Part shown: piece by piece, positions 38,250 through 52,979 of the stretch
Layout: every line of letters begins with the position of its first letter
How positions within the stretch are numbered: position 1 is the first letter of the stretch
DNA from: the human T2T-CHM13v2.0 reference genome, Homo sapiens
NCBI RefSeq assembly: GCF_009914755.1
Contig: NC_060930.1
Strand: one strand, 5' to 3'
Length of the DNA stretch: 64,000 bases
Notes under the pieces: model-generated
Seen by the model: the letters and a program-made list of their open reading frames with translations, nothing else
What the model was told of the DNA's origin: nothing
Database searches by the model: none
Translations under genes and position numbers: made by a program

Positions 38250-41200
38250 TTACAACTTCACTGAAGTATAAATGAAATACGGTAAATCACACTAATTCAA
38301 GGTGTACAATCTGCTAAATGTTGGCCTCTGTATACACCCATGAACCATCTCAGGAAGCACGATAATCAACATCCCATGGTCCCAAGCCTTTCCTCTGTCC
38401 CCAGGTAACCACTGACCTAGCTTTCTACATAGAGGTAATCATACAACATGTACTGTGTTTGTGGGGGACGTATGTGGCTGCTGTTACTAAGCGTATGCCT
38501 TTGATGTTCATTCTTGTTGCCTGTATCAATAGTTCATTCTTTTTTATTGCTGAGTAGTGTTTTATTGTATAGAAATAGCATGATTTCTCTATTCACTTGT
38601 CAGTAGGCATTTGAGCTGTTTCCAGTTTCAGGGATCTTAAACATAAAGCTACTAAAAGCATTCATGTACAATTTTTTGTTGGGACACATGTTTTCATTTC
38701 TCTTGGGGAAATACTTAGGAGTATAACGGCTGAGTTGCGTGGAAAGTGCTATTTATTTACCTTTCTAAGACATTGTCAAGTAAATTTCCAAGCCTGTTAT
38801 ATCACTTTATATTTCCACTAGCAGCGTTTGAGAGTCTCAGTTTCTCTACATCCTCACCAACCACTTGGTATAGTCAATCCTTTTAATTTCAGCCAGTCTA
38901 ATGGATACACAGTGACTGAGCATGTCCTTGATGACTAACAATATTGAGCATATTTTGTGTACTTTTTAATGTGCTTCTATATCTTCTTTTTATGTACTTT
39001 TTAGTGTGCTTATATATCTTCTTTTGTGAAGTGTCTGCTCAAATATTTTGTCCATTTTTATTAGGTTAATTGTTTTATTGTTAAGTTGTAAGCATTCTTT
39101 ATATATTTTATAAACATGCTTTGTCTATGTGTTTCAAATAATTTTTCTCAGTCAGTGGTTAGCTTTTCCATTTTCTTAAGGCTCTGCAAAAGAGAAAATG
39201 TATTTAATTTTGATGAAATCCAGCTTATCATTTTTTTCTTTTATGGTTTTACTTTTGGTATGCTAATCTAATAAATGTTTGCCTCCTCCAAGATCTCCTA
39301 TGCTTTGTTTGTCACAGGTTTTATATTTTAGGGTTTACATCTAGTCCTATGATCAATTTTTAGTTAGTTTGTGTATGTGTTATGAGGTATAAATTGTCTA
39401 TTTTTTTCCATACAGATATAAGTTGATTCAGTATCATTTGTTAGAAAGATTATTCTTTCCCCATCAATTGCTTTGATAATTTGTCAAAAATAAATTGACC
39501 GTATACATATGGAATAGAATAGACGGTCCAGAAGTAGACTGAACAGTCTGAGCTGTACTTCTTTATCTTTTGCCAACCTCAAACTGCAACTTTATAGCCA
39601 GTCCTGAAATCAGGTAGCGTACATAAGGTCTCAAAGTTTTGTACTTTTTTGTTTTTTTTTTTTTTTTTTTTTAGTTGTTTGGGCTTTCCTAAGCCCTTTG
39701 CATTGACTATAAATTTAAAAAATCAACTTGCCCATTTTTACCAAAAAAAAAAAAACCTGCTGGAATTTTGTTTAGGATTGCATTGAATCTATAGATCAAC
39801 CTGGGGAGAATTACCAGTTCCAATCCATGATTCTGGCATATCTTTCAATTACTTAGGTCCTTAGTTTCTCTCAGCAATGTTTTGTAATTTTTTAGTGCAG
39901 AGTCATAAATACCTTTTATTAGATTTCTTCCTATTTTATAACTTGACATTAATGTAAATGAAATGTTTTAAGAATTCTATTTTTCAATATTTTCAGCTAG
40001 TATATAAGAATATAAATAATTTTGTAAAAATCTTGCATCTTGCAGATTATATATTATTTCTAGTTGTAATTCTATAGATTCCTTGAGATTTTTGTATAAA
40101 CAATAAAATATCTGAGATAGGAACAGTTTTACTTCATCCTTTCTGATCCTTTTGCCTTATATTTAACTTTTTTTAACTTTAGTAAAATGTTTAATAGACT
40201 TGATGAAAGAGTGAATCTTCTTCACCTTGTCCTCCATCTCAAGGGAAAGTAATTCAGTTTTTCACCATTAAGTATGATATTGGCTATGAGTTTTTCATAA
40301 ATAACCATTATCTACTTGAGGAATTTCTTACTATTCCTAATTTGCTAGCTTTTTAAAAATTATGAATGAGCATTAATTTTGTCAAATTATTTTTCTGCCA
40401 ATATTAAAATAATCTTTTTTTTTTTAGACCAGGGGTAGGCAAACTTTTTTTAAAGGCCAGAATAAATATGTTCAGGTTTGCAACCTAGGAGGCAAATTCA
40501 AGGATATTATGTAGGTATTTATATAACCATTTAAAATGTAACCATTTAGAAATACAAAATTATTCCTAGCTTGTAAGCATAATAAAAAACACCAGGAGCC
40601 TGGCCATTTTTGGTCTATAGACTACAGCTTGACAGTGTCTGTTTTGTACTATTAATACCTATTGTGATATTTTTATATAGTTGGATTTAGATCTGTCATT
40701 TTATTATGCGTTTTCTCTTTGTACCATGTTTTTGTTGCTCTGTTCCTCTCTCTGTCTCTCTTTCCTGCCTTTTTAGGATTATTTGAATATGTTTGTATTG
40801 CATGTGAATGTATCTCTTAGCTATCAGCTATTCTTTTGTATTGTTTTTGTGGTTGCTTTATGTATTACAATATATATACCTAACCTTTCACAGTCTACTT
40901 GGAGTTATTATTGTACCACTTGACATCTAATGTAGAAACCTTGGAACCATAGAGGTCTCTTTGCCACCTCCTACCTTTATTTTATAGTTGTGATATGGGC
41001 TATATCTGTATTCATTGAAAACTTCACAGACACTGGTATAATTTTAGTGCTAATGAGCTATACATATTTAAAGAACTTAAGAGGAAAGCACAGTTTTTAC
41101 ATTACCCAGATAGGAATCATTTCTATTGCTTATCCTTCATCTTGAAGTTACAGGTTTCCTCTTGTATCATTTTTCTTCCATCTGCAGAACTTCCTTCAGC

Positions 41201-41650
41201 ATTTCTGGTAGAGCAGGTATAAGATAATGAATTTTCTTAATTTTTTTTAAATCTGGAAATGTCATTTTGACTTCATTCTTGAAGGATATTTTCATTGAAC
41301 ATAGAATTCTAAGTTGACAGTTCTTATCCTTGAGCACTCTAAAGATGCTATTCTACTGTCTTATGACCTTCATAGTTTCTGGTGAGAAATTTGTGATAAT
41401 TTGAATCATTGTTTCTATGGATGTAAGGTATTTTTTCCTAGCTGTTTTAAGTATTTCTTCTTTATTATTGGCTTTCAACAGTTGGACTATGATGTGTTTG
41501 GTCATGGTTTCTTTGAAGTTATCCTCTGTGTGATATGTTGAGATTCTAGAATCTATGACTTCTACTAAATTTGGAAAGTTTTTGTCCCTTATTTCTTCAA
41601 ATATATTTTCTGTTTTAATCTTTTTCTCCTTCCCTTCTGGAACCTAAAGC
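38250..41650 (-). mobile_element. Old L1M (MC/MD/ME-type) fragments
   Basis: Reverse L1 3' UTR and ORF2 motifs (tattgctgagtagt, gtgaagtgtctg, ttgcattgaatctatagatcaa, ttcaccattaagtatgat), then ORF1-side motifs (atagaattctaagttgacag, gtttctggtgagaaat). Confidence 0.8.
40429..40640. mobile_element. MER58-like hAT-Charlie MITE
   Basis: caggggtaggcaaactttttt..aaaggccaga.taaatat... Confidence 0.7.
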
Positions 41651-44600
41651 TCACATTTCTTATGTTATGCAGTACCTTCTGCATTTTGTTCTGTTTCCTT
41701 TTTTTCCTTAACCATCTTTCTTATGACATTATCCTATTTTATACAAGCCATGTTCTATTGTGATGCATTAAAGAGTTGAGTTTCATGAAATTTTGTGCTG
41801 CAACATACAAGTACACAAATTTCATAAATCTGTGCTGTCTCTGAGTCTACTCCAGATGCTATCTTCTCCTTGTTTGTAGTTCTTTTTTATTGGCTCCAGG
41901 TGGCATTTTTAATTGTTTCTTATCCTCAAACATAGCAAGATCTCACAAGAGTCAGTGTCAGTCAAGAGACGCAATGATGAATGGAGCTGGCCCAGTGTCC
42001 TGTGCACAGATCTAGTGGCCACATTCTTTCTCAGATCAGCAGTGGTTAATGTGTGGCACTCCCAGCCAAACTTACGGTTTCTAGTGGTGGATACTTTCTT
42101 CTCCCCAGACTGTCCGGTCTTCTAATTTTCCCAAAAGTTGGAACATCCGGATCACATTTCTTTTTGTCTCTTCCCTAGAGTATGTTAATTTTGGAGTCTG
42201 GGCCTTGCAAGTTGTGCTGTAGCTTTGCTTCGAGTCTCACATATGCCTGAGTTCAAGGCTGGCCTCCAATTATCCATGTTATTTTGAGAAACTCGCTTAA
42301 TCTGTCTTAGAGTCTTCTTTGGTAAATTCAGGCCAATAATATCTCCATTATACAGTGAGGTAATATGAAGAAATTCTGAAATAATGCAAGTGGAGCATTT
42401 ATCCTGGAGCAGTGAAGTTCACGGTAACTCAAACTGTGGCTGCTGTGGTCTCCAGCCTCAGCAATATGGCCATCCTTAGTGCATTTTGCCACCACCAATC
42501 TCTAACTCTGTCTAAAATTTTGGGAGATTTACATTCTTAGGAAGTGGTCCTGCTTCTGGGCTGGAAAATACAACACCTTCTGCAGGAAGTAGGGCTCTCA
42601 GGGTTCAGTAGGGTCAGCACTCTGGACTTCTGCCTTGTAGTCAGGGGACAGCTGTCTCCATATCCATTTTAGAGAAAAATTAGAAGAGATAGATTTGGGT
42701 TCAGGTAGCCAGATATAATTTTAAATCAGAATGCATACCCCATAGCCACATTTTTGAGCAGAGAAAGCATTATGTACATCTATCTTCTTTAGCTATCTTT
42801 GGTCTTTTTGTTTTAAAATCCAGGTTGACATCTGGCTTTTGTTAAGTGTGGCACTGCCGGAGTTCTGATTATTCATATCCTGTCCACCCACTCCTGCACA
42901 TCTCCTCTGTTTGGCCTAACCTCTCTCTCTCACTATGATATTTGTTGAGCAAAAGAGCTTTGAGAGAATAAAATTTTCTGAAAAATAAGGAAAAACTGAA
43001 ATATGTTTATATTTATAGGCTTTCACTCATGTCTATGTCATCATTCTTGTCATTTTTAGACTGATGTACCATTCTGTGAACAGCAAATGTGTTTACAAGG
43101 TGCAAACTGTGTGCTCATCTAACTTAGTTAAATTATCTAAAATGACCAACCTCTTCAGACATAGACAAATTATTACTTTTCCTTGTCATTTTGTTAGTAG
43201 ATTCTATATAGCATTTTTAGACCACTGCAGTGTTCAAGATAATAATATTCAATAAATTATAAATCAATTTTCTCCTCGTTGTAGAAGGAAGCTAATTGTC
43301 AGAGGTAATATCTATTAAGCTTCCTGGATTAAATTCATTTAAAATGTGTTCTGTTAGAAAATGTGATAACACTTTATTTTTAGTGACCATTAGCTAATAC
43401 TAAATTACAGCATAACGCCTCTGGAAGTGCATGTGACGTCCGTATGAATACCAAATGAACTCATAATTATCTATACTATAATAATGAATATCAAACCAAT
43501 TTATAATGATATACTGAAAATCAAATACTTCTGAAATTTTATGTTCTCATCAATTTTAAGGACGAGACATGAATCTAGCTTGTTAGAGCAATTGCTGGCA
43601 GTCAGGAAGCTGCGCTGTGCCCAGTCTGCAATTTTGTTTTCTGGTATTTCTGGCACCAGCACAATGATTCCAAAAACTGAAAAATGTAACAACAGTATGC
43701 TGGGGAGGAGCATAGGTATTCAAGAAAGGGGGTGCGTGTTTCTAGGTATGATAATGAGAGATTTTTAAAGGATAGAATGAAATGACTATCATGTTTCAAA
43801 AGAAGTTACAACACATATGTATTAGTTCATTACTAAGCAACTGAAGAATATAATACAAAATGTTCAGTTGATTAATTTGGAAAAGTATGCCACCCCAAAG
43901 CAGGCTTGGCCAATGACTTAGGAAGTAAAGTCTTCTTTTTTTATTTCAAATATAAAGTCATTTTCTAAGTTCCCCTCTTGTATTATAAAAGAGTAATTTT
44001 ATTGGGTTCATAGGTTGTCTAACTTGATGTAATAATTAATAGTTATTTAATATTAACTGATTGATATTTAATAAAAATATTGTAGTGATTGGGGTGTAAG
44101 GCTGCCATTGCAAAGATGAGAGAGACTAGGGAGTGATTAGGACAAGTAACTGGGTCAGCTTGACCTAGAGGGGATGAAGCCCTACAGAAGCTCAAAAGGC
44201 AGAAAGGAGTTAGAGGTAGACCACTCCCACTACCAAAAGAAATACCATTTGGGATGAGCTTTCTAGAATATAAAGTTGTAACAAGTAGCAGTTTACGAGG
44301 CATATTTTAGACGAAGAACATAGCATGAACAAATTCATGGAGACAAAATAGTACTGTATGCTTCTAGAAAAACAATATCTTTTTGATTAAGAAAATATTT
44401 TGTGGGTTTGTAGAGTTCATGCCTGTGATTTATGGGAAGGAACTACAAAGAGACAGTATGGGATTCCCAATGTCCAAGGTCCAGATACGAAGTTGGGTGT
44501 TAATTTCCCTGGTACTGAGCAAAGGAGGGAGTGAGTGCCCCAAAAGAGAAAAGGATCAAAAGTTCTTGTTACGAATGATTTGAGCCATGCTCCAGAAAAA

Positions 44601-45284
44601 CGTTTCTCGTAGCACCATGCAAAATGGAATAGATCTAGTTATAGAAACTAGTAGAGTTCCCAGCTAAGAGGCCAGTACAATTATTAGAGGCAAGTAGCAA
44701 CCCATGGTGGCACTGGGAAGAGGAAGAAAAGATACAGATGTAACAGACAAGGGTCTGTGATATTGTCAGGCTGCGGGTTCAAAATGAGAGTCCTTCCACA
44801 AAGTACTGTTGTAGTTGAATGAATCAATATTAATTGAATGAAAGCATTGTGCTGAATTTTACTAAATTAGGTTTGTATAGAAAAATGTAACCTCATGTAT
44901 ATGTATTACCCTAGTGAATATGACTCATTAAAATTCATTTAAAATGATAAACATTTAAAATGTAAAATGTGTTACATGATGTAAGTAGTACAAATAGCTG
45001 TATAACAGGGTCAATATATTAAATATATATAAGATTTAAACATATAACTATTTTATTAAAATAATCTGTGAATATCTAGATCTTCTAAAAAGATGATCTC
45101 TCTGCCATGCCCAGAGCACAGTAGGTCCACTGACCCCCATGTAGTCTTGGCCAGAGCGGACTCTTCCAGTCTCAGCTCTTGATACTTTTCCCTCTTCACT
45201 CACAATCTCATCATTCCGCTTGCCAAGCATTGATCTTGGCGCATAGAAGGTGTTCACTGTTATTTACAGAATGAAGAGCTAATG

Positions 45285-45370
45285 GGAGGAGGAAAGGGAA
45301 AAAGCAACAAAGGAGGAAGGGAGGAAAGAAAGGAGGAAGTGAGGGAGGAAGGGAATGAGAGAGGAAGAGA
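45285..45370. repeat. GGAA/GA-rich simple repeat at an L2 tail
   Basis: Direct observation. Confidence 0.8.
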
Positions 45371-46423
45371 GGTGCTCTGTATCTACTATCTTTAGGACCT
45401 TGCACAATTAATTAAACTCCCCGAAGCCTGAATGCTTTTGTCTGACAAAAGAAACAATAGGATTGCTATGAAAATTTAAAAAATACTGTATTATGGCATC
45501 TGCACTCTATTGGGCTGATAGCAGCAGCTGGAAGATTGCTCCCCATCGAATCACGCCACAGTTTACCATAGACACAGCACCTCCCCTCTTCCTCTGGTCT
45601 ATTATGAGAACTCTGTGATGGCAGAGATTTCCATGGGACTTGAGAAGTTATGGATGGATGAGTGTAAGGGATGAAATCACTACTTTTTAGTTTTTTATTT
45701 CTAGCATTTTCCAGTGGATTTTTATTAATCCATCTGCATTCCCTTACCTGATGACTGGGTATGCAATGTGGAAAAGAATAATCTAACACTTCACTGTATA
45801 AAAATTGTAGCTTGGCCTCCTAAGTACAGTTCTCTGAGCAATCAGCTACATACCAGGTCACTATCACATACTAGTAAATAAGGCACTCTGTCACTTTCAG
45901 TAGAGTACTACTAATTTGGCTATCAAAATTGTGTTTTTAGGCAGCTGAACAGAAGGTAGAGTTCATTAGTTCATGTTTAAATTAGAGCTTGTTTTCATTC
46001 TAGATAATAGGGAGAACAAATGCTATTATTTTTAAATTCTATGGAAATGTGAAAATAAATGCTGTTCATATTATATCTGCCTAAGGCTTTCATAAAAACA
46101 GTTAATTTCCAAAATAATGTATCTATTATATTTTATGTTTATGAGGATAATTTGAAATATATATTTCTACTCAGGGACTTTTGAACTAAGCAGTGGAACA
46201 AACTGCAATAATTAGCTGAACTACAAACCAAACTTGAATGTTAATGTGTTTTTACATAAACAAACTCTTGTTACAAAATATTGCTTGAGAAACTTAGAAA
46301 ATTTTTTTAACTTTGCAGCTAAATCAGCCAGCCTTGTCACGTAGACCCAGGAGAGACAGAGTGGGGAGGGAAGAGGCGGCCGGATCCTGCACAATCTCAT
46401 CTCCTGCTAGAAGACCGGGGGGA

Positions 46424-46447
46424 GCAGTGAGGGCCGCCAGGTGGTGG
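46424..46447 (+). promoter_or_regulatory. Candidate CTCF site in a small GC-rich patch
   Basis: gcagtgagGGCCGCCAGGTGGTGg is close to the CCASYAGRKGGCR consensus; motif match only. Confidence 0.45.
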
Positions 46448-46644
46448 GGCAGGGCAGTAGGGAAAATCCTCTTCATGATTCCCTCCAATATCTGTGGTCA
46501 GTGTAAGAAGGAAGTCAGTACTGAAAGCCTCACTATATCCTTATCCATCTTGGTTTCCTCCGGAGGCTGTCTGATTTGTTTTCTGGCTTCCTCCATTTCT
46601 CTGACCTCTGGGGGTGTTTTGCTTCCTCTTCTTGACACTTTTGT

Positions 46645-46762
46645 TCATCAAAATTACCCAGGGAACTTTGAAACATGGAGATGCTTGGGCTACACCGCCA
46701 GAGAGGCTGACTCTTGCTGTGGGGTAAGACCCAGGCATTGGTGTCTTTGAAAAGCTCCATGT
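46645..46762. mobile_element. MER5-like fragment
   Basis: catcaaaattacccagggaactttgaaa..gatgcttgggc..cccaggcattggtgtctttgaaagctcc. Confidence 0.6.
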
Positions 46763-46876
46763 GAAAAGTAAGCAAATTCTTCCCCCTACCCCCATTTACT
46801 TTTAGTTGACATGTAATAATTGTATACACTTATTGGATACAGAGTTATATTTCCACACGTGTATACAATGTGTAAT

Positions 46877-47509
46877 TATTACTGAGACATGTGGGAATCC
46901 TGTTTCTTAGTCTTATTTGGGAGAAAGAAGTCTGCCAAGTGACTGATTTAGCCAAAAAAGAGAATTAATTGAAGGAAAACAGAAAGCAGAGAGTTTATTT
47001 AGAGACACAGTACACTTTGAAAGATGAGGCAGAGCGGACTGCTGAAAGCCAGAGGCCCCCCTCACCCCAAGAGTTCTGCATTGGGTTTTGATGACGTTGA
47101 ACTGTTTCCTGAAGTTCGCCGCTGTCTTAAGTCTCTGCCATTTTTCCTTGTCTAGTTTTCTGGCTCCTGCCTTAAGTCCCCGCTTTTTCCACGTCTAGTC
47201 CCCACTCCAGGCTTGTGGGACCCTCCCTTACTATGAGTTGGTGCACATGTGTGGGCCGGTGTTGGATATGAATTGCACCCGGGGTCTCTTAGGAATTTCC
47301 GCCTTATCAGCATGTAGGTTAACTGCAGAGGGAGCAGTGCCTGGGGGGTCTTAAGGATTGCTCCTTCCTGCCTATGTTATTTCCCCTCCGCCTTGCTCAT
47401 ATCTAGCATGCCTGTTTCTGGTGGTCCCTGGATTGTGGGATCCTCCAGACCTCCCTTTCCTCAGGGGCTCCCCCTCCTGCTCATGTCTAGCTGTCTGTCT
47501 ACTCTAACA
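46877..47509 (-). mobile_element. ERVL-type solo LTR (LTR32/LTR47-like)
   Basis: Reverse strand begins tgttagagtagacagacagctagacatgagcaggagggggagcccc; splits the L1MA 3' UTR. Confidence 0.75.
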
Positions 47510-49863
47510 CAGTGATCAAACCAGAGTAATTAGCATCTCCATCATCTCAGACATTTATCATTGCCACGTGTAAGGAACATTCAAATTCTTTTACCTTTTG
47601 TAAATATAAAATAAATTATTGTGAATTCACCCTGCAGTGCAGTGGAACATATTCCTCCTATGTAGCTATAATTTGGTATCCCTTAAGCAGCCCCTCCTTA
47701 TTTCCCCCCATCCCCACCAGCCTTCCCAGCCTCTAGTCACCACAATTCCACTCTCTACTTCTATGAGCTCATTTTTTTAACTCCTATGTATGAATGAGAA
47801 CATGTGATATTTATCTTTGTGTGCATGACTTATTTCCCTTAGCATAATGTCCTCCAGGCTCATCCATGTTGCTGTGAATAATAGGATTTTATTCTTTTTT
47901 TATGGCTGAATAGTATCCAGCTGTGTATGTACACCACATTTTATTCATCTGCTGATGGACATTCAGGTTGATTTCATATCTTGGCTACTGTGAATATGCT
48001 GCAATAAATACAGAGATGCAGATATCTTTTCAGTATACTGATTTCCTTTCCTTTGGTTAAATACTTAGTAGTGGAATGCCGGATCATGTGGTGATTCTAT
48101 TTTTAGTTTTTGAGAAGCCTCCATAATGGTTTTCATAATGGCTGTACTAATTTGCATTTCCCACATCCTTGCCAGCATTTGTTATTTTTTTACTTATTGA
48201 TGATAGACATTCTAACCAGAGGGAGATATCTCACTGTGGTCTTGATTTGCATTTCCCTGATGATTAGTGATGCTGAGCATTTAAAAAATATACTTGCTGG
48301 CCATTTGTATGCCTTTTTCTTCAGGAATGTTTATTCAGATCCTTTGCCCATTCTAAAAGTCAGATGAGTTTATTTTCCTATTGATTTGTTTGAGCTCCTT
48401 GCATATTCTGGTGTTCGTCCCTTGTCAGATGAATAGTTTGTAAATATTTTCTCCTATTCTGCAGATTGTCTCTTCACTCTATTGACTGCCTCTTTAGTTT
48501 GATAAAGTCCCATTTGTCTATTTTTATTTTTGTAATCTGTACTTTTAAGGTTTTAGGCATAAAATCTTTGCTATGCCAATTTCTTAGAGCATTTTCCCTA
48601 TGTTTTCTTCTAGTAGTTTTATAGTTTCAGTTTTTACATTTAAGTCTTTAATCCACTTTGAATTGGCTTTTGTATGTGGTGAGAGATAGGGGTCTAGTTT
48701 CTTTCTTCTGCATATGGATATCCAGTTTTCCCAGCACAGTTTAGTGAAGAGTGTGTCATTTCCCCAATGTATGTTCTTGGCATCTTTGTTGAAAATTAGT
48801 TGATTGTAAATACATGGGTTTATTTCTGGGCTCTCTATTATGATGTTCCATTTGTTTATGTGTCTGTTTTCACACCAATACCATGCTGTTTTGGTAACCA
48901 TAGGCTTATAATATATTTTGAAGTCAGGTAGTGTGATGTCTCCAGCTTTATGGTTTTGTTTTTATTTTCTTTTGTTTTGCTCAGGATTACTTTTGGCTCT
49001 TAGGGGACTTTTTTGGTTCCATATAAATTTTATGATTGATTTTGCTAGTTCTGTGAAGAATGCCATTGGTATTTTGATAGAGATTACATTGAATATGCAG
49101 ATTACTTTGATTTGTATGATCATTTTTACAACATGAATTCATCCCATTCATAAGCATGAGATATCTTTTCTTTTTTTGGGGGAGTGGGGTCTTCTTCAAT
49201 TTCTTCCGCCAGTATTTTGTAGTTTTCATCATAGAGATCATTCACCTTCCTGGTTAAATTTATTCCTAATTATGTTATTTTTGTATAACTATTGTAAATA
49301 GGATTACTTTCTTGGTTTCTTTTTCAGTTAGTTTGTTTTTAAGTGTATAGAAATACTACTGTTGTTTGTATGTGGATTTGCATCGTGTGCCTTTACTGAT
49401 TTCCCTTATCAGTTCTATGAATTTTTTGGTAGAGTTTTAATGTTTTTCTATATATAAGATCATGCTCTCTGTAAAGAGGAACATTTTGATTTCCTCTTTT
49501 CCAATTTGAATGTCCTTTATTTCTTTATCTTGCGTAATTGCTCTGGCTAGGACTTCCAGTACTCTATTGAATAGAGTGGTGAAAGTGGGCATCCTTGTCT
49601 TGTTCCAGCACTTAATGGAAAAGATTTCTCTTTTTTCCTTTCAGAATGATGCTAATTGTGGATCTGACACATATAGCCTTTATTGTGCTAAGGTATATTC
49701 CTACTATACCCCATTTGTTGAGAGTTTTTATTGTGAAGAGATGTAGAATTTTATTAAATGCTTTTTTTTCTGTTGTCCATTGGGATTATAATACAGTTTT
49801 TGTCCTTCATTCTGTTGATTTAATATATCACATTTATTGACTTATGGTATTGAAACATTCTTG

Positions 49864-52800
49864 CAAATCGATACCCTAACATCACAACTAAAAGAACTAG
49901 AGAAGCAAGAGCAAACAAATCCAAAAGCTAGCAGAAGACAAGAAATAACTAAGATCACAGTGGAACTGAAGGAGATAGAGATACGAAAAGTCCTTCAAAA
50001 AAATCAATCAATCCAGGAGCTGGGTTTTTGAAAATAATTAATAAAATAGATAGACTGCTAGCTAGACTAATAAAGAGGAAAAGAGAGAAGAATGAAATAG
50101 ACACAATAAAAAATAATAAAGGAGATATCACCACTGACCCCACAGAAATACCCACAATCAGAGAACACTATAAACATCTCTATGCAAATACACTAGAAAA
50201 TCTAGAAGAAATGGATAAATTCCTGGACACACATACCCTCCCAAGACTAAACCAGGAAGAAGTAGGATCCTTGAATAGACCAATAACAAGTTCTGAAATT
50301 GAGGCAGTAATAAATAGCCTACCAACCATTAAAAGTCCAGGACCAGATGGATTCACAGCCAAATTCTGCTAGAGGTACAAAGAGGAGCTGGTACCATTCC
50401 TTCTGAAAATATTCCAAACAACTGAAAAGGAGGGACTTCTCCCTAACTCATTTTATGAGGCCAGTATCATCCTGACATAAAACCCTGGCAGAGACACAAC
50501 AAAAAAAGAAAACTTCAGGCCAATATCCCTGATGAACGTTACTACAAAAATCTTCAATAAAATACTGGCAAACTGAATCCAGTAGTGCATCAGAAAGCAT
50601 ATCTACCACGATCAAGTGAGCTTCATGCCTGGAATGCAAGGCTGGTTCAACATAGCAAATCAGTAAACATAATCTATCACATAAACAGAACCAGTGACAA
50701 AAACTACAGTTATCTCAATAGATGCAAAGTCCTTCAATAAAATTCAACATCCTTTCATGTTAAAAACTCTCAATAAACTAGGTGTTGATAGAACATATCT
50801 CAAAATAATAAGAGCTATTTATGACAAACTCACAGCCAATGTCATACTGAATGGACAAAAGCTGGAAGCATTCCCTTTGAAAACTGGAACAAGACAAGGA
50901 TGCCTTCTCTCACCACTCCTATTCAACATAGTATTGGAAGTTCTGGCCAGGGAAAGCAAGAGAAAGAAATCAAGGTATTCAAATAGGAAGAGAGGAAATA
51001 AATTGTCTCTTTTAGCAGACGACATGATCCTCCTATATCTAGAAAACCCCACCATCTCAGCCCAAAAGTGCTAAGCTGATATGCAACTTCAGCAAAGTCT
51101 CAGGATACAAAATTAATGTGCAAAAATCACAAGAATTTCTATACACCAACAGTAGACAAGCAGAGAGCCAAATCATGAATGAACTCCCATTCACAACTGC
51201 TATGAAGAGAATAAAATACCTAGGAATACAGCTAGCAAGGGATGTGAAGGACCTCTTCAAGGAGGACTACAAGCCACTGCTCAAGAAAATAAGAGAGGAC
51301 ACAAACAAATGCAAATATATTCCATCCTCATGGATAGGAAGAATCAATATCATGAAAATGGCCATACTGCCCAAAGTAATTTATAGATTCAATGCTATTC
51401 TCATAAAACTACCATTGACATTCTTCAAAGTATTAGAAAAAAAACTACTTTAAAATTCATATGGAAACAAGAGCCCATATATCCAAGACAATCCTAAGCA
51501 AAAAGAACAAAGCTGGAGGCATCACACTACCTGACTTCAAACTATACTGCAAGGCTACATTAACCAAAACAACATGGCACTGGTACCAAAGCAGATGCAT
51601 AGACCACTGAAACAGAATAGAGATCTCAGAAATAAGACCACACATCTACAACCATCTGATGTTCGACAAACCTGGCAAAAACAAGCCATGGGGAAAGGAT
51701 TCCCTATTTAACAAGTGATGCTGTGAGAGAACTGGCTAACCATATGCGGAAAACTGAAACTGGGTCCCTTCCTTACACATTATATAAAAATTAACTCAAG
51801 ATGGATTAAAGACCTAAATGTAAAACCCAAAACCACAGAAACCCTAGAAGAAAACCTAGGCAATACCATTCAGGACATAGGCATGATCAAAGGTTTTATG
51901 ATGAAATCACCAAAAGCAATTGCAACAAAAGCAAAAATTAGCAAATGGGATCTAATTAAACTAAAGAGCTTCTGCACAGCAAAGGAAACTGTCATCAGAG
52001 CAAACAGGCAACCTGCAGAATGGGAGAAAATTTTTGCAATCTACCCATCTGACAAAGGTCTAATATGCGGAATTTACAAGGAACTTAAACAAATTTACAA
52101 GAAAAAACAAACAACTCCATCAAAAAGTAGACAAAGGACATGAACAGATGCTTCTCAAAAGAAGATGTTTATGCAGCCAACAAACATGCAAAAAAGCTCA
52201 ACATCACTGATCATTAGAGAAATGCAAATCAAAACCATGATGAGATACCATCTCCACCGGTCAGGATGGCAATTATTAAAAAGTCAGGAAACAACAGATG
52301 CTGGCGAGGCTGTGGAGAAATAGAAACACTTTTATACTGTTGGTGGGAATGTAAATTAGTTCAACTATTGTGGAAGACAGTGTGGCTTTTCCTCAAGGAC
52401 CTAGAACCAGAAGTATCATTTGACCCAGCAATCCCATTGCTGGGTATATACCCAAAGGAATATAAATAATTATATTATAAAGATACATGCAAATGTATGT
52501 TTATTGCAGTACTATTCACAATAGCAAAGACATGGAATCAACCCAAATGCGCATCAATATTAGACTGGATCAAGAAAATGTGGTACATATACACCATGGA
52601 ATACTATGCAGCCATAAAAAAGAATGAGATTACTTCCTCTGCAGGGACATGGATGGAGCTGGAAGCCATCATCCTCAGTAAACTAACACAGCAACAGAAA
52701 ACCAAACACCAGATATTCTCACTCATGAGTCGGAGCTGAACAATGAGAACACATGGAAATGGGGAGGGGAACAAAACACACCAGGGTCAGAGGAGGGAGA

Positions 52801-52979
52801 GCATCAGGGTAAATAGCTAATGCATGTGGGGCTTAATACATAGGTATTGGGTTGATACGTGCAGCAAACCACCATGGAGCATGTTTACCCATGTAACAAA
52901 CCTGCACATTCTGCACATGTATCCTAGAACTTAAAATTAAAAAAAGCAAAGCAAACAAACAAACAAACAAACAAAAAAA
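49864..52979 (+). mobile_element. 5'-truncated L1PA (PA8-PA11-like), ~3.1 kb, disrupted ORF2
   Basis: ORF2p peptides ([52 protein letters not shown]); 3' UTR with A/CAAA tail; TSD tgaaacattcttg (49851-49863, 52980-52992). Confidence 0.95.

Noticed and set aside
49837-52739. Run of ORF2-like ORFs as an active L1
   Set aside because: 5'-truncated with many stops and frameshifts
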